A program made the position numbers and the translations under genes. From the NCBI GenBank assembly GCA_048213135.1, contig PS015470.1, positions 19,182-78,619 on the forward strand: a stretch of DNA of 59,438 bases, written 5' to 3'. This DNA is from Reclinomonas americana ATCC 50394 (Eukaryota). Numbering within the stretch: position 1 is the first letter of the stretch; the number at the start of each line of letters is the position of its first letter. Shown here one piece after another: positions 51,152 to 59,438 of this stretch. The notes beneath the pieces are model-generated. The model saw only the letters and a list, made by a program, of their open reading frames with translations, was not told the DNA's origin and did no database searches.

Positions 51152-51152
<1 letters not shown>
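49771..51152 (+). CDS. Hypothetical protein with VIT-like beta domain and C-terminal TM helix
   Basis: MELRKRQ start, LTVRVHVEDQQSLIKIDMRVDN...LEFRFPVSE (VIT-like by eye), and C-terminal VLIFVIFLVTVVGVLLY. Confidence 0.45.

Positions 51153-51193
<41 letters not shown>
51152..51193. repeat. (ATG)14 microsatellite between convergent stop codons
   Basis: Read directly from the sequence. Confidence 0.95.
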
Positions 51194-51217
51194 CCGATGA
51201 CGGAAATGGTGCACGAT

Positions 51218-52994
51218 CTACCGGCCGATAATGTGCTTATCCACAGGCTGGCCGGTGGAGCCGCCGAACGCATGCAGTATGTTGTCGACAATGCAGCACG
51301 TGGTCTCACGAAGCGGTCCCGGCAGTGAACCTGCGACACACAAAAATCAGTTCGCAGCTCAGTGGAGCGGGATACCGCCTGCTGCAGCTCACCAGCCACT
51401 TTCTCCCATCGCATGGAATCGAGATCGAGGCTGTAGGCGTCGGCGTAGATTGGTTCCGCATCTGTCTCGGGCACCGCCGATCCGCCGACCACCATTGCGT
51501 ACTTGTCCGTCTGACAGGTGCCAAAGTGCATGCATTCTTCCGGCACTGCGTAGGAGGGGGAGTGAGTCTCTTGGTGAAGAGCGCGTAGCTGCCAGGTGCG
51601 AAACTCTTCGTGCCGTCCATCCACGCATTCGAACGCGGATCTGCAAGCGCGACAATGTGAGGCACAAGAAGAGATCTAATTCACATGACGATGCGGAGTG
51701 ACACACCGAAAAAGTGCACCAGCTGGCCATCATGGCATCCGCCGTACAGCAGAATGCGACCATCGGCGGCGAGACACGCACCGTGTCCGTATCGCTTCGT
51801 TGGCAACTTGCTGTCGGTGACCCACTTGTCGGCATTCGGATCGTACGTGCGGTGGCCATTCTGCGCCTGCACTCCACCCAGTACATGAATGCGACCTTCA
51901 CGGTCACACACACCGGCGGCCTAACGCAGCACCACGTGTAAGGAACGAAGAAAGGCAGCTCTGCAGAGACCTGCGGTTCGACACACCAGCCAACCGCACG
52001 TCACACGACCACCGGTCTTGGTGAACGATCGTGACATTGAGTCGTACATGTACGCACTGCCGCCGGGATCGCCACGAATGTAGCCGCCACAGAGCAGGAC
52101 TCGGTCGTCGAACATGGGCACCGCCACCAATCCTGCGCGGCACGAGTGTGAGCGTGCTTGCAAAAAGACACACTGTGTCGTCTATCCCTCCGAACCTCGA
52201 GCGGCAAAGGGCAGCCGCGCCACTTGCTCAAATGAGTCGGTCGTCGGCGAGTAGCGCAGAACTACATCAGATTCCACACCGTCCACCGTCCGTCCACCAA
52301 ACAAATGCACGGATGCTGCGCACAGTACACGTCGTCGTCGTGAGTGACGACGCAAACAAAAAACCCTTCAGCACAATCAACGAACCACCGCGATCAGTGA
52401 CTGCGCAAGCACTCTGCGACAGTGCCAGTGGCAGTGGTGTGGCGCAGGTGAATGTCAGTGGCTGTGTTGGATTGAAGCCTGCACATTCACGGAGTCAGTG
52501 CAGTGACACGGAGCACGGCGACTGCGAGCGATTCGCACCCTTGACACGACCGCGTGCATCGCCGGCTCCTGCAGCGTCACCACGCCACGCAGCACGCAGA
52601 GCGGTCAGTGCCCTTCCGCCGTCCACCGACGCCAGCGAGGCAAACGACGACGATGCGAGAAGATCGGCCGCCGGATCTGCAACGCCGGCCGCGACCGGCA
52701 CGAGAGCAAACCGAATCGAGCTGAGCAAACCCGGCAGCGAGTCGAGACGCTGTGACAGGGAACATCGTCAGCAACCATACCATCATGTGACGAAGCATCA
52801 GCAGAGTAGAGTACACCAACCGTGGCAGGCTCATGATTGACCCACGACAGCACGGCCTTCAGCAACTCGAGCTCCGACTCGGCTTGTACATCGTCACGCT
52901 TCAGCAGCTCGGTCAGCAGGTCGGCCGGAATCGTCAGGAACTCTCGCGACTTGGATGCATGCTTGAAGTGCTCGGCGGCGTACTTCATGCATGC
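51218..52994 (-). CDS. BACK-Kelch protein (BTB presumably in the gap), partial
   Basis: EFLTIPADLLTELLKRDDVQAESELELLKAVLSWVNH (BACK), then Kelch repeats RVLLCGG, RIHVLGG..YDPNADKW, RILLYGG and LHAFGG. Confidence 0.85.
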
Positions 52995-53099
52995 CTGCAC
53001 ATGACATGCCACTAGTGAGTGGCGGTGGGCACGCACAGAGACACCAGTTGGGGTAANNNNNNNNNNNNNNNNNNNNAAAAGTCAGCAGCACAAAGATCC

Positions 53100-55096
53100 A
53101 GATGGCCTGAATGTTCTCGAACAGCGTGCTTCAGGGAGGAGGGAGGGGTGTCAGCACAGAGGGCGGAGGGACACTCAAAAGGCGCGTGGGAAAACACACC
53201 GGTAGAATGTGTAGTAGTTCAGCAGAGTGGTGACAATACCCATAAAGTAGTACAACGAGCCGCCGACCTTGCCGGCGTCGATGCCTCGTCCCACCACCTC
53301 CATCAGCGACTGGATCACCGTCATGATGGTGAGGAACACCAAAAAGTAACCGTAGTAGGCGTAGGTGCCGGCAGCGGCGGAATTGGCCTGCGACTGGAAG
53401 AAGGAAGCAAAGGACTCGCCGAACTGGTACACGGCCAGCGTGAACATCATGAAGAGCGAGCAGAGAATGTACTGTGGCGGGTGGGAGGGAAGGAGGTAAT
53501 TTCAGCGCCACAGTGGAGAAGGAGGACGGAAGAGTGAAGGTCAGGGTACCTGCCGCACAGGCGAGACACAGAGACGGAGTGGTGCCTCGCTTCCGCTGAC
53601 GACGCCGCGCAGAACACGCGTGTTGGCCGACGAAGTGGACGTCAGATCGCTCTGCAGCGCCGACGTGGCCAAGGCGGTGGTCGGCAGCAGCGACTCACTC
53701 AGCGTTTCCGTCTTGGTCGTCGCCACTGAAATAATCGGGAACACTGCGCCAGATAGAGAGGTTTGTTAGAAAGGGCACTTCTGTACGCGCACCGACTGTG
53801 TCGACGCACGTGGTTGGGCAGTGAGCGTAAAGTGCGTGCTTTGTGGTACCACATAGGCCGATGCGGCACTCTCGCCGTCCATGTCGCCTTGACCTGGTGT
53901 TTCGGAATTTGAGTCACACAATGAGAGGAGGAGGAGGGGACGATGTGGACGCAACTCTCTTTGTCGGGGGCGTCATCGATGGGTAGCATGGCCGCCTCCT
54001 TGGCTCGCTGCAGTTCGTTCCACTCTCGCCGCAACGGGAACAGACACCAGTACGTGTACACCAGGAATACAATGAGGCCGGACAGGTATGGCGGAAAAAC
54101 GCGGAACGGAACCGTGTCGGTGACGGGGAGACGGATTCTGCGACACACGCACGCGATGAGCATCTCCCTGCACAGCAACAACAACACCAACAACAACAGC
54201 GTCTGCAAAAGGTACGCACCTGATGAACACATAATCCAGCACCATGATTATTCCTTGCGAGATGAACAGCAGAATGATTTGCGAACGCAATCCAAAGCCC
54301 GGAATGCCAAACGACATGCAGTGCAGCAGGATAAAGTACGCCAGAATGGACCACCAGAGACCAGAGCCGTAGGCCCACACGTAGATGTTGATGCAACCGG
54401 GACACGGGCCGCCGGCGCCGAGTGGCGGCAAGAAAATCAGATACGTGAGGAAGGCACCGATAAAGATGGTCGACAGCGCCACGCGCAAGCTGCTCCAGTA
54501 CAGACGACGGAAGGCCAGTGTCTCCAGCGCCACAGTAATCGTGTGCTCCGTGCCCAGCGCCTCCGCCCGCAGCTGATCATAGTTGGACACTCCTCGCCGA
54601 CGCGGTGACATGAGCGCCAGCTCCTTGCCCTCCGCCGAGTGGCGTGTCTCCCGCATGTCCACACCATGGTTACCAGCAGCCGCTGCAGCCTCGTGTGCTG
54701 CATGTGTGCCGGCCTCGCGACGAATGAGCTCCGCATCGCCCTTTGTTCACATGTCAGTTGCAGGCGCAGGCAAGTGAGCAGGGAATGGCCATGCGAGTGT
54801 TCTTTACCTTGAGGAGACCCACAGCTGCGTGCAAGGAAGTGGTGCTGCTGGCGGGGTTGCTGCGCGGAGGCGCGATTCGAGTGGGCGCGGCGGCCAGCAA
54901 TTCGTGTGATGTGGCCGCCGCCCATGGAACGTACATGTTGCTGAGGGAGCCTTGATGCGACTGTCGTGCCTGCGTGAGTGTGTGTGAGAGGGAGAGAGGG
55001 TAGTGAGTGAGCGAGTGCGCGTGAGACTGCGGAGTTCTTCTCGCAGTGCGCACAGACCTCCTCGGCGGAGCGCACCGAGAGCTGTCGGTCGCTCAT
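53100..55096 (-). CDS. Uncharacterised multi-pass membrane protein, 3' end near gap
   Basis: Starts MSDRQLSV. At least 7 hydrophobic segments across exons (IFIGAFLTYLIFL, LWWSILAYFILL, YYGYFLVFLTIMTV). Confidence 0.55.
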
Positions 55097-55450
55097 GGTG
55101 GAGTGTTGAGACGCGCACTGGAGGAGGGCAGTGCAGTGGGAAGGGAAGAGAGGTGTGTGTGGGGGAGACGGCGATAAAGCGTTCCGAGTGTTCGGACTTG
55201 CGATAATATGGGCGGGACAGCAGTCAGTCATGGACGGGAGACCGCCGCCTGCCACGCAGGGGACGGTCAAGGTGATATCTTTAGCTGATGCCACACGTGT
55301 TTTTAAAAGTGGGAGTGGTCTTTTGCAGGTGAAGGCTGCTTTTTTTCGCTGCGAAGTTGTGGTGCGATACAAAGTTGCGCAGATTTGTCATAGACCACGT
55401 ATCTTTGTTCTCCGGATTCATCTTGTCGCTGCGAGAACTTCTCATTCATC

Positions 55451-55678
55451 ATGGTGCTCATCGAGATTGACGGCAGCAACATCGACACTGTCGTTGCGTC
55501 GCTGTGCACTGCGTGGAACCGGTGCAGCTCTCTGTGTTGACATGCAGTGCAGATCACGCAAGAGGCCCCCAACCCCAACTACATCTCGCCAGGCCTGATG
55601 GCCCTGGAGAACTCGTACGGGTGCCCGGCGATGCCTGGCGCCGAGTTTGCCAACTGGTACAACGCGAACTACATGTGA
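55451..55678 (+). CDS. Small 55-aa two-exon protein not in the ORF track
   Basis: MVLIEIDGSNIDTV|ITQEAPNPNYISPGLMALENSYGCPAMPGAEFANWYNANYM*. Intron 55493-55552. Codons mostly end in G/C. Confidence 0.5.
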
Positions 55679-55762
55679 GAGGCAGCAGACAGAGAGTGCA
55701 CAACAGATCGAGAAAACCAAGTGTGGTTTCGTTCGCGTAGAGTAGTGTACACTTGCCCGGCA

Positions 55763-56589
55763 TCATTCGACTGGCCTCCACTCGCCCTCCTTGACGTAGA
55801 ACTCACAGCCGACCTCCTCGTCCGCCGCCTCCAGACCCCACGTCTCGCCCACCGGCAGCCGAATCCACGAGTGCGCGCCCATCACACGTGCACCGCCACC
55901 GCCGCCACACTCTCGCAGAGCACCGCGCAGCACAAAGATCTCCGTCAGCGCCGTGCAGCGCCGGTCGGCCACCGCGGGCGAGTGTCCAGGCGCCCACTGC
56001 TCCAGCCGCATCGTATCCGGAAACGACTCGTGCATGTACAGCACCTTCACCGCCACTCCCGCTGTCTGCGTCGCCTCCCACGGCATACCGCTCGTCTCCA
56101 CACGCACATGCTCACGCCCACCATGGCCTCCAAACTGGCGCAGCTTGACAAACAACACGGCGCCGTCTTGCGAGCCCGGTGCATGACGATAGCCCTGCGG
56201 ATTCAGCATATACGTGCCCGTGGGGTGCTCGCCGTTGGCATCTGGGCGCAAGGTGAGAAGCACGAAGAACAGCAGCAGCAGGCCACGCACAGACCTTGCC
56301 AGCAGCCGCTGAGCACAAGGATCTCCTCGCCGTCGGGATGATCATGCTCCGGAAACACACTGCGCTCTGCGTAGCGCACTACACTGGTCACGCGGCCGGA
56401 CTCCACCGGACCCTCCAGCGCCACTCGCCGCCGAAACACCTGCGCGCGCGACAATCAGCCACGCCGTGACACCTATCAATCAAAAGCAAACAAAAGCGCA
56501 ACTGTGGCAGATGGGCTTGCCGTCCACTCCATGGCCTCCGTGTCGACCACCACTCGCACTGAGTAGTCCACGTTGATCTCGTGAGACAT
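55763..56589 (-). CDS. ChrR-like tandem cupin (Cupin_7) protein, bacterial-type, 2 introns
   Basis: MSHEINVDYSVRVVVDTEAMEWTASPSAT|VFRRR...RVTSVVRYAERSVFPEHDHPDGEEILVLSGCWQ|DANGEHPTGTYMLNPQGYRHAPGSQDGAVLFVKLRQF. Confidence 0.88.
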
Positions 56590-56671
56590 TGATACGACGA
56601 CGGAAGGGGTCGGAGTGTACTGTGTCACCGTGGGACATCATCATCGTTTTCGCCTTGGTGTTTCCAGAGAA

Positions 56672-58410
56672 ATGGCGTTTAGCGGTGGCGGCGCACCGCC
56701 ACTGCCACCGCCCGCCTCCTCGTCGTATGAGCAGGACGACCCACTGTCGCTGTGCAGCGGGTGGGACGACGGGAGTACGCAGCTGGCCATGTCGTACGTC
56801 GACGAACAACTGTGGCACACACCACTCATGTGGTCTCACGAGTTGCGCGCGCACCACCCACACACACACACACGCACACACACTTTCTCTTCCTTCTGTG
56901 CGTGTGTGTGTATGGCGGCGACACGCGTGTCTGATTCTCTCGCAGTGTACCTCTCTTTGATGACTTGATGCTCGGTGCGCCCGCCGACGATGTCGACGAC
57001 ATTGACGAGGCGTTGACGCTGATGGACACGGACGAGGCGCTGATGATGATGATGGAGGACGACGAGGAGGACGACGGGGATGATGACGCGCGCACTGTCA
57101 AGTCGACGAGCACGCGATCCACCACCAGTGGCAAATCGTCGCTGGCACCCACGGTGGTGGTGCGCTACCGCCACCCGCAGTATCATGTTCACTCTCTTCA
57201 GCAGCAACCTGCCTTGCCTCCTGTGCTGCCTCCATCGGCGCTCTATTCAGCAGTGGCGACCACGACCGCGACGACGACGACGACGACGACGACGATGCGG
57301 CCGTTGCACGCGTCTAAAGTCTCGATTCAGATGCCTGCGGTGCCGCTGCCGCCACCGCCGCCTCCCCCGCCTCCTTCTTCCAACATGACAGTGCCGCCAT
57401 CACCGCCGGCGAGCAGTTGTGGGAGTAGCACGAGCAGTCGCGTGTCGGGTGGCTCGCGGAGCAGGAAACGTGCGGCGGAGTCTTCGTTGCGCTCGGTGTC
57501 GCGGCGCCAGCATCATCAGCAGCTGCGGTTTGCCAGCATGATGGACGAGGCAGGTAGTCGGCATCGTGCGGTGACAGGGGCGACGGCGGCCACAGCGGCA
57601 GCAGCAGCAGCGCCGCTGTCGACTCGGCATTTGGCGTCGCATAAGGCGCTGGTGGGAGTGCATGCTGCTGAAGATTTCGTGCGCGACTCGTTGCGTAGCA
57701 TGGTGTTGTTGAGCGAGGATCCGTCGCTGCCACCGCTGCCGCCGCTGCCTCCGGACGACGAGCTGATGGATCCGGCGACGTGCGTGGAGGAGGAGGAGGA
57801 TGTGGACGACGATTTGGAGTCGGTGTTGTTGGATGAAGACGACGATGACGAGGATGATGATGATGTTGGTGAGGAGGACGACGATGCGCTGCGGGATGAG
57901 GATGTCGACGATGTGGTGTTTGGCGACGCTGCAGTCGAGGAGGAGGAGGATGGGAATGGAGAGCAACGGCGGGGGATTGTTCTGCTGACGGCGCTGCAAT
58001 ACATTTTCAGCCAGCGGCGGGAGCAGGAGGGTGCAGTGCCGCGCGACCCGCGGTTACAGATGCAAGAGTGCACAGCAGGTGCGTCAACACCTTCATTATT
58101 TCGTTTCACCGTTTTTCCTCACACCATCTTCCTTCAGCCCCCCGCTGCACATCCACCACCAGCTCCACGTCGACATCGACGGCAGTGGCGTTGCTCGAGT
58201 CGGTGCCCGCCGTCAAGCGCTGCACGGCGCCCAAACCGCGCAACCAGAAGCGTGGACGCGCGCAAATGTGGACCAAGCGCAAGAAGGGCAAGAGGAAGAA
58301 AACGTGGCTGTTTGCCCGTGAGCAGACGATTCAAGTCAACGATGGGGATGGAGGAGGAGGTGGAGAGGGAGAAGAAGAGGAATGCGTTTCTGTATAGCAC
58401 TCTTTTGTAA
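56672..58410 (+). CDS. Low-complexity acidic/Pro-rich hypothetical protein
   Basis: ATG at 56672. Intron 56842-56945 joins the 481-aa ORF. The 3' end is uncertain. Confidence 0.55.
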
Positions 58411-58441
58411 ATCCGTCGTCCATTTTGTTTGTTTCCCTACA

Positions 58442-59438
58442 ATGTCGCAAGCGTCAGCATCGGGTGGTCAGTCTGGTGGGCAGCAGAGTGCAGCGCGTCG
58501 TGGTGGCGAGCTGTACGACGAGAAGGGCAAGGAGCGTGACGTGCGCCAGTCGAACATCACCGCCGCCAAGGGTCAGTTTCCCACGCACACACTTGCTCTC
58601 GCCCACACACACACACACCTCACTCCCCCGCTCACCTCTGTCTCTCTCTGTGCGTGTGGCTGTGCGTGTGTGCAGCTGTGGCCGATGGAGTAAGGTGATT
58701 TTGCTGTACAACTCCCACTTGTCCCTGCGCGTGTGTGTGCAAACGCCTCACACTCAAACACCCTCTCTCTCTCCCTCTCCACAACCAGAACATCGCTGGG
58801 TCCGCGTGGCATGGACAAGATGGTGAGTGCTGGGGCAGAATGCAAAGAGGCAGAAGAAAGAGAGAAGAGGGGGGAAAGAGAGAGAGTGTTGGGCGAGCTT
58901 GAGGATGCTCATGTCAGCGCGCGCGCGCGCGCTCTCACTTTCTGTTTTATCTCACTTCTCATCGTCGCGTCTGTGCAGGTGGTGGATGACCACGGCGAAG
59001 TGCTGGTCACCAACGACGGTGCCACCATCATGGAGAAGCTGCAAGTGACGCACCCGACGGCGCGCATGGTGCGACATTTGTGCACGCGCACGCACACAGA
59101 GAGACACACGCATAGGCACAGAGCAAGAGAGAGAGAGAAAGTGTGTTCCACGTGTCTGCACACACGCACGCATTGTTGAGTGTGTGTATGCTCATTTTTT
59201 TGGATGGCAGCTTGTCGAGTTGTCCAAGGCGCAAGACGTGGAGGCTGGCGACGGAACCACATCGGTGGTGGTTCTGGCCGGCTCGCTGTTGGAGGCGTGT
59301 GGTAAGCTGCTGGAGCAGGGCATCCACCCGACCATTATCTCGGATGCGTTTGGACGTGCGGCGGCCAAGTGCGAGGAGATTTTGGAGGGCATGGGAATTC
59401 CCATTGACCTCAGCGATCGGCAGACGCTGGTCGAGGCC
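58442..59438 (+). CDS. CCT4: T-complex protein 1 subunit delta, 3' truncated
   Basis: [26 protein letters not shown]|...[44 protein letters not shown]...GIHPTIIS. Confidence 0.95.

Noticed and set aside
1-59438. Alternative genetic code or stop-codon readthrough
   Set aside because: In the conserved genes I traced, in-frame stops fall inside introns with donor, CTGAC/CTCAC-like branch and AG acceptor. TAA, TAG and TGA all serve as terminators.

Overview
This is gene-dense eukaryotic nuclear DNA from a draft scaffold with N gaps. The source is probably a flagellated protist, since KIF6 and AK7 are present; I cannot name the taxon. I spliced about 24 protein-coding genes by eye from short (mostly 55-120 nt) GT-AG introns, many containing CA/GT/CT microsatellites. 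Recognisable genes: TPR+PH protein, PEX4, R2R3-MYB, GH27 alpha-galactosidase, histone H2B, NACHT-pentapeptide-WD40 (NLR-like) protein, KIF6 plus a decayed 5' duplicate, COMMD4, BLTP3/UHRF1BP1-like, AK7 (split across strands at gaps), RRP6, WDR26-like, LEA-like, FkbM-type methyltransferase, EF-hand protein, BACK-Kelch protein, ChrR-like cupin and CCT4. The most striking signal is in splicing. About 30-35 inferred introns use a register-shifted donor, GTTGCG(T) or the variants GTTGAGT/GTTTCGT, with G at +6 instead of +5. Every one I traced follows an exon ending in A, C or T, never G. Exon boundaries are inferred from reading frame and remembered family motifs, not from transcripts or database searches.
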